In this document: piece by piece, positions 21,412 through 30,743 of the stretch | Layout: every line of letters begins with the position of its first letter | Numbering within the stretch: the first letter of the stretch is position 1 | Origin: Naegleria gruberi | Taxonomy: Eukaryota | Direction: 5' to 3' (one strand) | Length of the DNA: 64,000 bases | NCBI GenBank assembly: GCA_000004985.1 | Contig: GG738883.1 | Made by a program: the position numbers and the translations under genes | Notes under the pieces: generated by a model | What the model was told of the DNA's origin: nothing | What the model saw: the letters and a program-made list of their open reading frames with translations, nothing else | The model's database searches: none

Positions 21412-22817
21412 TTACAAATTCTTATGGTAAAAAGTCACCAATAATTCCTTAAACTTATTCAGATTATTGAATTGGAATGCAATGTGATTATTACAAAAGT
21501 GTCGAGTTCTGGTGGATTCTTGAAAGCTCTCTGGGTATACAATGGTGCCCATATAGGATTGGACACTCTCTGGATTGTACTTATTCTTTGAGACTGATTC
21601 CATGGTTGCTTTGAGACAATCTTCTTGATTAGAGCTTGGAACTATCGAATCACCAACTGTTTGCAAGAAGAAAATTGTTCGATTATTGGAAAGGTTTACA
21701 TTTTTTAAGAGCTCAATTGGATCGTTGTGAAATGGGGGAAAACCAAAGTGAGAAACTTTGAGAGGTGAGACGCTCTTGATAGTTTCCAATCCAAGACTTG
21801 CAATAGGATCACTGGAGACCATTGCCTTAGCTCCAAACAAAAGTGTCTGATAGACGTTACAAGGAGGTGAATCAAGGAATGCAATTTTAATTCGATTCTC
21901 TTTGGCAAATGCAATTGCTGAAGTGGCAGCTCCCTACAATTATTTCAACAATTATTTAAATAGTCTAACAAATTTCACACTTACCATTGAGCTACCAAAG
22001 AGTCCAACATTATTAGTCTCATTGAGAAATGTAAATCTTTCCAATAAATAATCAAAAGCTCCTAAAACATCCAAATGTTCAAAATTTCCAAAGCTCACAA
22101 ACTTGATTGGCTCAAATAATGATGAATCACCATGATTTCTCAAATCAATTGATAATACATTATATCCTGCATGATATAAAATTCCAGCAGGTAATAAGCT
22201 ATCATATTTTAATCGACAAACTCTGTATCCATGAACAACAATTGCAAACTTAGAAGTTGAATTGATGATATCCTGTTTGTATAATGTTCCAACAATATTT
22301 GCAGTTCCTATTTCAATTATTCCAACATTCATTCGAACAATTTGAAATTAAACTTACCTAATCCTTGAACCCAATCCACAGGTCGACTCTTAAATTTTAC
22401 AATCTCAGTCTTTTCTGAATTAACATAGAAAGGAGCCAATTTCTCATACCATTGACTCTCTGGTTCAGTCAACGGAGGACAATCATATAACAGTGTGAAA
22501 TTTTGAGGAGAATTTTCTCTGAAATATTTACAATTCTCAGGCGCAATTTCAAAAGCAACATCAAATAAATAATTACCCAAACAGAACCATCCAACCACAA
22601 ACAAAGCACCAAAGAATAATAATCCAGTAATGCACAAAATGGAAAGTGTTGAGATGGCCACAATAATTTTACGTTTTCTGGTGGATGTTGTTGATGATTG
22701 TTGATGATAGTAGGTCTCCAATGTTGCAGGATCATCATGAGTGTGGTCATCCTCTAACTTATCAAAGGATGAATATGAATGATGATGAGGTCGAGTAACA
22801 AGTGAGCTTCCTGACAT
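21412..22817 (-). CDS. Membrane-anchored alpha/beta-hydrolase fold protein; 3 exons (22817..22358, 22307..21985, 21933..21412)
   Basis: N-terminal TM (IIVAISTLSILCITGLLFFGALFVVGWF). Two GTAAGT introns of about 50 nt (phases 1 and 0) join the three track ORFs. The joined sequence has the nucleophile elbow GLFGSSMGAATSAIAFA and an upstream FAIVVHGY block. Confidence 0.65.
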
Positions 22818-22866
22818 TTTTTATTTGATGTGACATTTCCAGTATTCGTTCGTCCGGATAACACAA

Positions 22867-23648
22867 TGAGAGCATTTTATCTCTAAACACAAATAAAAAA
22901 TTAATTACACAAATTTTTTGTGAATATTTGTGCTGAATTGTGTTAAAATATTTTCACAAATTTGTGTTTGAGTTTGTGAAGACAGGCCATTTTATCTTGC
23001 ACAAATACATATTTTTATTAAAATTATTCCAACTAATGTCTATCTCAATAGAAGGTATAAGTTGAAATCAGAAAGAATTTCTACAATATGTTGATTCGAA
23101 TGTAATGTATCCTAATTTAATTAGTGATGATGGAGTTGGTTCTGGTGGTGCGGAATCAATGAAAGCATGCTCCAAAAACAAACTGTTTTGTTCCAAATAT
23201 TTAATTATTCCATCTGTTACTGCTTTCCCTCTTTATTTCACTTGAATCTTGGGTTGTTGGTGGTGTTGGTGTTGGTTTATCTGATGAAGGTGTTCTTCTT
23301 ACATTTTTTAATATTTAATTAATAAAAAATGTATTAAACTTCTCCTTCATCAAACGGGAGAAGAAATCAGCAACCATTAGAACCCGATTCATGTCCAATT
23401 CTTGCAACAACAATATTGATATCGGATCACATATTTCAAGATCAACGACGAATGAACTTTTACTACTAGATTCAAAGAAAACAACCTAAGATTCAAGACC
23501 ACAATAATTTATTATTTTAATAAAATACTTTTGTGTTTTCACAAATATTTGTGCAAGATAAAATGGTCTGTCTACACAAACACAAATCACAAATTTTTAA
23601 ATCTGTGTAATTAATTTTTATTTGTGTTTAGAGATAAAATGCTCTCAA
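22867..23648. repeat. Imperfect inverted repeat (left arm ~22867-23027, right arm ~23511-23648) flanking a ~480-bp ORF-free core; MITE-like/foldback element or palindromic bidirectional-promoter module
   Basis: The termini are reverse complements: tgagagcattttatctctaaacacaaataaaaaattaattacacaa against ttgtgtaattaatttttatttgtgtttagagataaaatgctctca. A second matched block is gacaggccattttatcttgcacaaata against tatttgtgcaagataaaatggtctgtc. TTTGTG/CACAAA motifs recur in both arms. It sits between divergent genes whose ATGs are at 22817 (minus) and 23741 (plus). Confidence 0.55.
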
Positions 23649-23740
23649 TAAGAATCTTTTTCAATAATTATAATAAAAGTGTTAATTCTCGATTGTGGCA
23701 TAGTTTTTTGTAAATTCTGATATTTAACAACTAAATAAAA

Positions 23741-24460
23741 ATGCAACAACTTGACGAAGGAATTGACGAAGAAATCAACAGCAATTATCAACAAACAGAA
23801 ATATCCAACTCGGAATTGAATGAAAATTCCAATTCACCACAATTATCTATCAAGATTATCACATTCGGAGTATTGCATGGTAAAATTCCAAAGAATAGTT
23901 ATGATGTCTTGTACAATTTACAAGAACTTCCAAATCCTCTGACTGCACAAGCTAGAAAGAAGATGACTGGACTTTCAAAAGAGTTGAGAGAGGATTTCAT
24001 TTCCAATACAATGGTTAAATCTCATTTTGAAACATCGTATAGAGAAATTGTTGGAAAGTTGAATGAAAAATTAAAAGAATTGAGAAATATTGCTGTAGAA
24101 TTGGAGGATAAACCAGAGGAAGAGAAGGAAACCAAAGAAGATGAGGAAGAAAGTGAAGAAAATGAGGAAGACGAAGATGATGAGGAAGAAATTGAAGATG
24201 AAGACGAAGAAGAAGATGAAGAGGATGATGAGGAAGAAGATACTGATGAAAATACCTTTGTTATTGCTGTATGTTGTCACAAGGGAAAGCACAGATCTGT
24301 TTCATTTGCAGAAATTCTCAAAGAAAAGCTCACCTCAGATTCAACACTTCGTTCCTCAATTAGTTCCCTAAATGTTGTCCACAGGGATGTTCATAAGAAG
24401 GGTGCTTCCAACAATAACTCACGAGGCTCCCACAAGAGCAAATTCTTCAATGACTACTAA
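23741..24460 (+). CDS. Stand-alone RapZ (YhbJ) C-terminal-domain-like protein with a long acidic (D/E) insertion
   Basis: [46 protein letters not shown] aligns with the RapZ C-domain block ...[59 protein letters not shown] aligns with ...[22 protein letters not shown]. There is no N-terminal P-loop domain. About 55 residues of E/D separate the two blocks. Confidence 0.6.
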   Translation: [239 protein letters not shown]

Positions 24461-24531
24461 CCAATCTCATTCAAACTTTACAATAATATATTCCAATTTA
24501 AATAATCTTTACAATTTTCCAATAGGAAAAA

Positions 24532-24837
24532 ATGTCTCAAAGTCAACAATGGCTTCGTAAAATTCTCTACTATATGCTCCATCTGATATTCGGAGGCAAT
24601 CAAGCCTACACATTCAAGCCAGGAGATTCTGTTCTTGTGATTGAAATTGGAAAGGATTTCGTCAAGTATTTTAAATTGACAAAACCAGAAGAACATGTGA
24701 CGAATGGAAAATCAATAACAAATGGAAAACAACTTGAAAATTATCAAAAACAATCTAATTATGGAGGAACCTTTTTGAATGTAAAGAGTTTGATGCCACC
24801 TTCTTCATCTTCCGATCATTCCATTCAAATTATTTGA
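24532..24837 (+). CDS. Hypothetical small protein (101 aa)
   Basis: ORF with an aaaaaATGtc start context in an otherwise gene-free 550-bp gap. No family recognised. Confidence 0.3.
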   Translation: MSQSQQWLRKILYYMLHLIFGGNQAYTFKPGDSVLVIEIGKDFVKYFKLTKPEEHVTNGKSITNGKQLENYQKQSNYGGTFLNVKSLMPPSSSSDHSIQII

Positions 24838-25010
24838 ATTATTAATAATATGAAAAAAGGCTTTTTTGTTGAAATTTGATGATAGAATAATCCAATAAGA
24901 GATAGAAAAATTGATAATATTATCACCCCAATGATGCTAATGATAATAAGAATTATTAAAGTATCAAATAACAATTAAATTTATTTAATTATTAAAATTA
25001 TATTAAAAAA

Positions 25011-25586
25011 ATGTCTTTTGATCGTTGGATTCGTACAGGATCAATCACTTCAACAAATTTACCAACTCAACCTCACTTTGGATTGGATAATCCAAGAATT
25101 TCCTTGGGTTTGGAAAAGGACCTTCCAGAAATTACAAACAAGATTTTCGATCGATTATTAAATTATCACGTCTGTGCTGAGAATCAAGTCAATGAATTAC
25201 TTCAACAATTTGAATATAATAAGGTATTGGAAAAATCAGAAAAATCTCTGAATGAAGTGGACAAACATGTTGAGCAATCCACACAAAAGATTGTACAATC
25301 AATTGCTACTTTTGATGAAATTAATCCCGAAATTCAGAAAACTATTTCAGTCTCTCTGGCCTATGCACAAGATTGGATGAATAAGAAGACGAAGAGTCAA
25401 CAACCTCAGAAACCATCCTATCCAATTCATTCCCAATCATCTCTTCCTCCAACTGTTAATACTACAACACAACAATCAACAACAACTCCAACTACTTCAT
25501 CATCATCAACAACAACCCCTGTACAGCAAACAACTCCTTCCAATGAAGATCAATCTACAACAACAGCTTCCTCGGATAATAATTAA
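25011..25586 (+). CDS. Hypothetical protein (191 aa), helical N-terminal half and S/T/Q-rich C-terminus
   Basis: ORF with an aaaaaaATGtc context. No motif recognised. Confidence 0.4.
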   Translation: MSFDRWIRTGSITSTNLPTQPHFGLDNPRISLGLEKDLPEITNKIFDRLLNYHVCAENQVNELLQQFEYNKVLEKSEKSLNEVDKHVEQSTQKIVQSIATFDEINPEIQKTISVSLAYAQDWMNKKTKSQQPQKPSYPIHSQSSLPPTVNTTTQQSTTTPTTSSSSTTTPVQQTTPSNEDQSTTTASSDNN

Positions 25587-25652
25587 ATAAATTATCATGA
25601 TCCAATATATTAATACATTAATAATATTGAATTAATAATACAAACTTGGAAC

Positions 25653-26813
25653 ATGAACATTTCAAAACATAAAAAAATGGGAAACAAGTCGTCATTGGCT
25701 AAACGTGAAGGAGAACATGATTTGGATTTTTGTGAAAAATTGCAAGTAAAGAAACAAGATTCACTATCAAATGTTGATGAAGATGATGAGGATGAAGAAA
25801 AGAAAATTGAAAAATTGGATCCGATCTTGTCATCGTTAAATTATGATGTCATTTCTGAAGTTATTAGCTTTTTGGATGTAAAAAATCAACTTTTGGTGTG
25901 TTCTAGCTCGAAAGCATTGTTTAATGAATTTATTGGAACGGATTCGTATAACAAGTATTTCTATTCATGTGCTACGAAACATGCAATACCATCAATTAAT
26001 GACATGTCACTGCTAGATCACTTATTTAAAACAGCTAAGAGGGAATTTAAATCGTCACTCAATGAGGAGGAAATAATTGTTAAATTTAATAGAATATGGA
26101 GGAAACTGTTGAATATTTTGATTGAAACTCAATCATTTAAATTTAATTCATCACTTCCCAACATTGCATGCGAGGAGGATAGCCATTTATTAAGCTACCA
26201 AGGACAATCATTTGGAAATTTCACCTTCTCAATGGAAGCTCCATCAAACCTTAGCGAATTGTACGATAGTTCACAAAGTTTCTCTTCAGAAGAGCACCAG
26301 TTCCTTTTTAATTTTGAAATTGTAACAAAAGATCAAACCAGAAATATTTCTATTGGAATGGGTGACAAGGAAGTGAAGGATTTGAATTGTTCATCTCGAT
26401 TTCTTGGATTTCCAGACAATTCTCTATCCTATTCAAGTGATGGCTCAATAAGATTTAAAATAGTCGAGTCACTTAGGTATGAAATATCGCTGCTTCCCTA
26501 TAAACCAGGTGATCTAATTTCCATGCATGTCAAATCAAAACCCTACACAAAAGGCAAAGAGGTCTTTTACTCTTATCAAGTGAATTTCTTCTGTAATGGA
26601 CATTTTCTTCCTTACCTTGAAGGAGAGGAACAAAAACCATGCCCTCAATTTGATTGTCTGTGTCCTTTGTATCCTTCCTTTACATTGCATTCACCTGGTG
26701 ATTCTGTGAGGATGCTCTTCTCTAGGTCTTCACATAACAATCCTGCTGTTCATCACAAAAAGGCATTGGAACGTATTTTTGCCTTCATGTTGGAATATAA
26801 TTTGTTAAGTTAA
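25653..26813 (+). CDS. F-box/SPRY-domain protein (FBXO45/Fsn-like)
   Basis: F-box-like segment LNYDVISEVISFLDVKNQLLVCSSSKAL. C-terminal SPRY/B30.2-like region (ISIGMGDKEVKDLNCSSRFLGFPDNSLSYSSDGSIRFKI...YKPGDLISMHV). Confidence 0.55.
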   Translation: MNISKHKKMGNKSSLAKREGEHDLDFCEKLQVKKQDSLSNVDEDDEDEEKKIEKLDPILSSLNYDVISEVISFLDVKNQLLVCSSSKALFNEFIGTDSYNKYFYSCATKHAIPSINDMSLLDHLFKTAKREFKSSLNEEEIIVKFNRIWRKLLNILIETQSFKFNSSLPNIACEEDSHLLSYQGQSFGNFTFSMEAPSNLSELYDSSQSFSSEEHQFLFNFEIVTKDQTRNISIGMGDKEVKDLNCSSRFLGFPDNSLSYSSDGSIRFKIVESLRYEISLLPYKPGDLISMHVKSKPYTKGKEVFYSYQVNFFCNGHFLPYLEGEEQKPCPQFDCLCPLYPSFTLHSPGDSVRMLFSRSSHNNPAVHHKKALERIFAFMLEYNLLS

Positions 26814-26998
26814 AAGATATATATCAAGTGTAGTAATAAATAGTATTTACACTGATATAATCAAACACCAACTCGGTACAACAGTCTGGTCTTCGGAATG
26901 GCTTTCAATGTTATTATCTTTGTATTTTGCAGTAGGCATCAAACTTCTGGGAAGCAAAAAAAAATATTAAAAATTTAATTTTTTCAAATAAATAAAAA

Positions 26999-27376
26999 AT
27001 GTCTTGGAGAGGAAAGGTATCAAAGAACATTCATCAAGTCGTGTTTTACTTTTGCAACAAGAATACCCAAAGCAAGGGTGTTAGAGATTTTTTAACAACA
27101 AATTATAGTGATATTAAAGCTTTGAACCCATCTACTGGTTTGCTCATCAGAGAAACTCCCGATGCCGAACCATTCATGATGATCGAACGTCATTATGGTG
27201 CCAGAGAAAAGAAGGATTTGAAGGATTTATCACAAAACGATATTGAAAATATTTTAAAGGAAGTGACGTTGGAAGCTGAAAAGCCAAAGGACACTAGACC
27301 TGTACATGAAAAGATTGCTGATGTTGTTACTGAAGAATTTGTTCGTTTCCATCCAGAAATGCCATACAGATTGTAA
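26999..27376 (+). CDS. L51_S25_CI-B8 (thioredoxin-like) domain protein: mitochondrial ribosomal protein L43/MRPL51-like or NDUFA2-like
   Basis: IHQVVFYFCNKNTQSKGVRDFLTTNYSDIKALNPSTGLLIRETPDAEPFMMIERHYGAREK matches the remembered family pattern (xFCxxxxxSxGxRdFl...lKxxNPxxxxxiRE). Confidence 0.55.
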   Translation: MSWRGKVSKNIHQVVFYFCNKNTQSKGVRDFLTTNYSDIKALNPSTGLLIRETPDAEPFMMIERHYGAREKKDLKDLSQNDIENILKEVTLEAEKPKDTRPVHEKIADVVTEEFVRFHPEMPYRL

Positions 27377-27629
27377 ATTGAAAATAAAGATAAGCCATAG
27401 CGTGGGCCTTTTTTAATGTATTTAATTGATTCAATGAATTTCCGATTTAAACACAAGAAAAACATGCCAATTTTTAAAATTATTAGTATGAATGCTTTTT
27501 TCGTATTATGCTCTTTTTGTTTAGTTTATTTGGGTTTTGGTCATTGTTTACTTGACCATACCCTTGATAATTGAATAATGTTAAATAGATAGGGGTAATT
27601 ATTATATATGGGAAAGAGAAGATTTGGAA

Positions 27630-29435
27630 TTATTGTTTACTGTAGAAATGATTAATGGTTACATTAAATTGAATTTTTAAAAAACTTACCTCTTGTTGTG
27701 GAGCAGACTGTGAACTTTCAGACTGTTGTGCCTTATCTTCCTTCCACATAAACTTTAAAGATTTTCCGTCCATATCAGTTCCTTGTTGGGTTGCCTTAGT
27801 GGCATCAGCTCTAGTGGAATACTTTACAAGACAGGCGCCATCAGTGAGTACATCAACTTTGTCAACTGAACCAAACTTGGAAAAGTGGGATTGAATAGAT
27901 TCTGGATTCATCTTGTCCTCTGGTAAACCAGTAACATAGAGAGTTGAGGTTCTATTATCCTTAGAAAGAGTTCTTCCTGCAAAAGCTCCTCCTCTACCTC
28001 TTCCTCTGGCATAACCTCCTCTACCTCTGTAGGAACCAAAGTTTGGACTCTTTGTTGTTGATTCTGAACCTTCAGTGATTTGCTTGAGATCATCATCAAG
28101 GCTCTTTTCTTTCAATTCTTCTTGCTTCTTCTTGAAGAATTCTAATTGTTGTTGTTGCTTTGGTTTGGAAGCTTCAGAAACCTTTCCAATGATTGTCTTT
28201 TGAGTTTGCAAAGAGGATTCAATAGTTTCAGACAAACTCTTCATAATTGTAGCAAGTTCCTTTCTCTTTTCACTACCTTCTGGTAAACTTTCCAATTTCT
28301 TTTCCAAACTTTGATACATGGAAAGTTGTTGTGTGAGAATGTCTTCATTCTTCTTGGTAATTTCACTAGTTTTTTGGAGAGTAACAGTCTTTTGTACAAC
28401 TTCTTCAGCAACATTGTCTGAAGAGTGGTCAACCTTCATTTCACTTGCAACTCTCTTAGACCAAGCAGCTTGAATGAATCTATTTCCTAGAATGGCATCT
28501 GGTGTCTGCAATGCATTTTGAGCATCTTCCTTATTTTCAAATTGAACAAATGCCATGTGATTGTGTGATTTGACCATGATATTGACAATTGGACCAAACT
28601 TCTTGAAATAATAGAAAATCTTGTGCAAACGATTCAACTCTGGTGGAATTCCTGTCAACATTATAGTATTAGTAGATGGCAATCTAGCAGCTGTTGGATC
28701 TGACAAAATATCCTTATTCAAAACAAGAATATTATTTCCATAACTATCCTTGATAATTTCTCCTTCAATTCTCTTATTTTCCTTTCTCTTATCATTCTTA
28801 TCGTACTTGCTATCCCTCTCATATTTGGAATCCTTTCTATCATTCTTATCATATTTGCTATCTCTATCGTTATATTTCGAATCCCTATCATATTTACTGT
28901 CTCTATCATATTTTGAATCCTTTCGTTTGTCTCTAGTGTCTCTTCTTTCGTTATCGTAATCATCCTTTGATTTGGATTTTTCATAACCTTTAGTTTGTCT
29001 ATCCTGTTGTTTGTTATTTGGTGTTGGTTTAGTCTTTTTTGTATCCCTAGAGTATTCTTGATCGGTTTCATCTTTTCTTTTCCTTTTCGTTGAGTCGTTT
29101 TGTTGTGTTGAAGATGAAGAGGATGAAGAAGCAGCTGTAGAAGAAGTTGATGTTGTTGTTGTTGATGGAGGAGTTGTTGATTTTGGTTTCTCTTTAAATA
29201 ATCCTCTATCCAAAGCAGACATAAATTCTGATACAAAACTAGTAACTTGATCACCTAAAAATTCGTTCAATTGATCCTTCAATGTTCCTCCAATAGTTTC
29301 CTTGTCTGTGTCTCTCAACAAGGCCAACACATAGTCAGCAAGCAGAGTCGGATCAGCAGGACACTTGTCTCTCAAATGATCAATGAGCCATTGTTTAAGT
29401 TCTTGTTCTGCTGAAGCATCAAAAAGGGACGACAT
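27630..29435 (-). CDS. RBM26/RBM27-family RNA-binding protein (PWI-like N-terminal domain, two RRMs, RGG box)
   Basis: The N-terminus ELKQWLIDHLRDKCPADPTLLADYVLALLRD matches the RBM26 PWI-like region (LKSWLSKTLEPICDADPSALANYVVALVKKD). RRM segments (TIMLTGIPPELN...HMAFVQFENKEDAQNAL; STLYVTGLPEDKMNPESIQSHFSKFGSVDKVDV) and an RGG stretch are present. A possible terminal GTAAGT..AG intron (27640..27689) would move the stop to 27637-27639. Confidence 0.65.
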   Translation of the reverse strand: MSSLFDASAEQELKQWLIDHLRDKCPADPTLLADYVLALLRDTDKETIGGTLKDQLNEFLGDQVTSFVSEFMSALDRGLFKEKPKSTTPPSTTTTSTSSTAASSSSSSSTQQNDSTKRKRKDETDQEYSRDTKKTKPTPNNKQQDRQTKGYEKSKSKDDYDNERRDTRDKRKDSKYDRDSKYDRDSKYNDRDSKYDKNDRKDSKYERDSKYDKNDKRKENKRIEGEIIKDSYGNNILVLNKDILSDPTAARLPSTNTIMLTGIPPELNRLHKIFYYFKKFGPIVNIMVKSHNHMAFVQFENKEDAQNALQTPDAILGNRFIQAAWSKRVASEMKVDHSSDNVAEEVVQKTVTLQKTSEITKKNEDILTQQLSMYQSLEKKLESLPEGSEKRKELATIMKSLSETIESSLQTQKTIIGKVSEASKPKQQQQLEFFKKKQEELKEKSLDDDLKQITEGSESTTKSPNFGSYRGRGGYARGRGRGGAFAGRTLSKDNRTSTLYVTGLPEDKMNPESIQSHFSKFGSVDKVDVLTDGACLVKYSTRADATKATQQGTDMDGKSLKFMWKEDKAQQSESSQSAPQQEVSFLKIQFNVTINHFYSKQ

Positions 29436-30104
29436 GTTTTAAATAATTCACGAGTATAAAGAAGCGTGCAATTGAATATTTTTTTGAAATGAAAAATTCT
29501 TTTTTTAATTTTGAGTTTTGTGGTTGAACAGGCATTGAAGATTGTTATTCGGTATTTGAAGATTAAGCAATGATTCAATTAATATTAGTGCAAAATGTTG
29601 AAAGAGGTGTGATGGATAAAATGATTTGTATAAACGAATCCAAACTATCCTCAACTAAAATCAAACTGTTAATGTTCACGAAAAGGAATTGGCTCATGAA
29701 ACAATTGTCGTCAAGAAAAAATAAGCAAAATAGTCTTTGCAATGTCGGCACACGTTATTCCGCAATAAAATTGACAATAACTTTGATTAATATTGTTTAG
29801 ATTTTGTTGTTGTGTGAAAAGAGGAATAATATCTTTTGGTCATCACGGATTTCTAATCGATATGAATAATGATTTGTGTTAATCGCTGACTAATACTAGA
29901 TTTAAAAGGTACTGATGATGATTATTCCATTCCTTGTTGTCCTTCATGAAAATGTTATTTGTGTGTGATAAAGAGCCATGTTTATTGGTTTTATTTTTTA
30001 TTTCTCTGCTCTGGTTCTGTGGGCTGCGTACTCATTGTAAAAAACTCATGGTCAAGACAACCTGAAAATATTTAAAAAATTTGTTGAAAAAAATACACTA
30101 AAAT

Positions 30105-30174
30105 GTAAGTTGCTATTTTATCCCTCAAATCTCACTTAAACTTTCTGTCTTTGCCATTCATCCAACAATAAAAG
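30105..30174 (+). other. Probable 5'-UTR intron of the uS8/RPS22 gene
   Basis: aaaat|GTAAGTtg...caacaataaaAG|ATGactcgt. The donor lies immediately 5' of the start codon, and the spliced leader keeps the A-rich ATG context. Confidence 0.45.
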
Positions 30175-30567
30175 ATGACTCGTGCTTCAATTTTGAACGA
30201 CGCCCTTACCACTCTCAGAAACGCCGAAAAGGACGGTAAGAGACAAGTCTTGCTCAGACCAGCCTCAAAGACTATTACCAAATTCTTGGAAGTCATGCAA
30301 AAGCACGGTTACATTGGTGAATTCGAAGAAGTCGATGACCATAGATCTGGAAAGATTGTTGTTGAATTGACTGGTAGAATCAACAAGTGTGGTATCATCT
30401 CCCCAAGATACGACGTTAATGTTGAAGAAATTGAAAAGTGGGTTACTAACTTGCTCCCATCTAGACAATTCGGTTATGTTGTTTTGACCACCTCAAAGGG
30501 TATCATGGATCACGAAGAAGCCAGACAAAAGCACACTGGTGGTAAGGTTCTCGGATTCTTCTATTAA
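30175..30567 (+). CDS. RPS22: 40S ribosomal protein uS8 (S15a; yeast RPS22), 130 aa
   Basis: [32 protein letters not shown]...[38 protein letters not shown]...[34 protein letters not shown] is near-identical to eukaryotic S15a over its full length. Confidence 0.92.
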   Translation: MTRASILNDALTTLRNAEKDGKRQVLLRPASKTITKFLEVMQKHGYIGEFEEVDDHRSGKIVVELTGRINKCGIISPRYDVNVEEIEKWVTNLLPSRQFGYVVLTTSKGIMDHEEARQKHTGGKVLGFFY

Positions 30568-30743
30568 ATAAATTATAAAATTATCTTAAAATTATCTCAA
30601 ATTTCATTGTTTACTTTTATTAATACATTATTCACTTTTAACATCCAACTTCCATTGATGATGTAATCTTTATAATTGGTTCTTGTCTTGTAATAGAATG
30701 TGTCTCTTTTGACGTGTCTTATACGTGGAAACAACTTTAAAAA

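Noticed and set aside
24071-24371. Track ORFs 24071..24292 (minus) and 24141..24371 (plus) over the RapZ-like gene
   Set aside because: They are frames of the GAA/GAT-rich acidic-tract coding region (poly-F/I or poly-K/M translations). These are low-complexity artefacts inside a real CDS.
28718-29254. Minus-strand 178-aa ORF and plus-strand 69-aa ORF inside the RBM26-like gene
   Set aside because: They are alternative frames of the DSKYDRDSKY repeat region. Periodic sequence gives long open frames in all phases.
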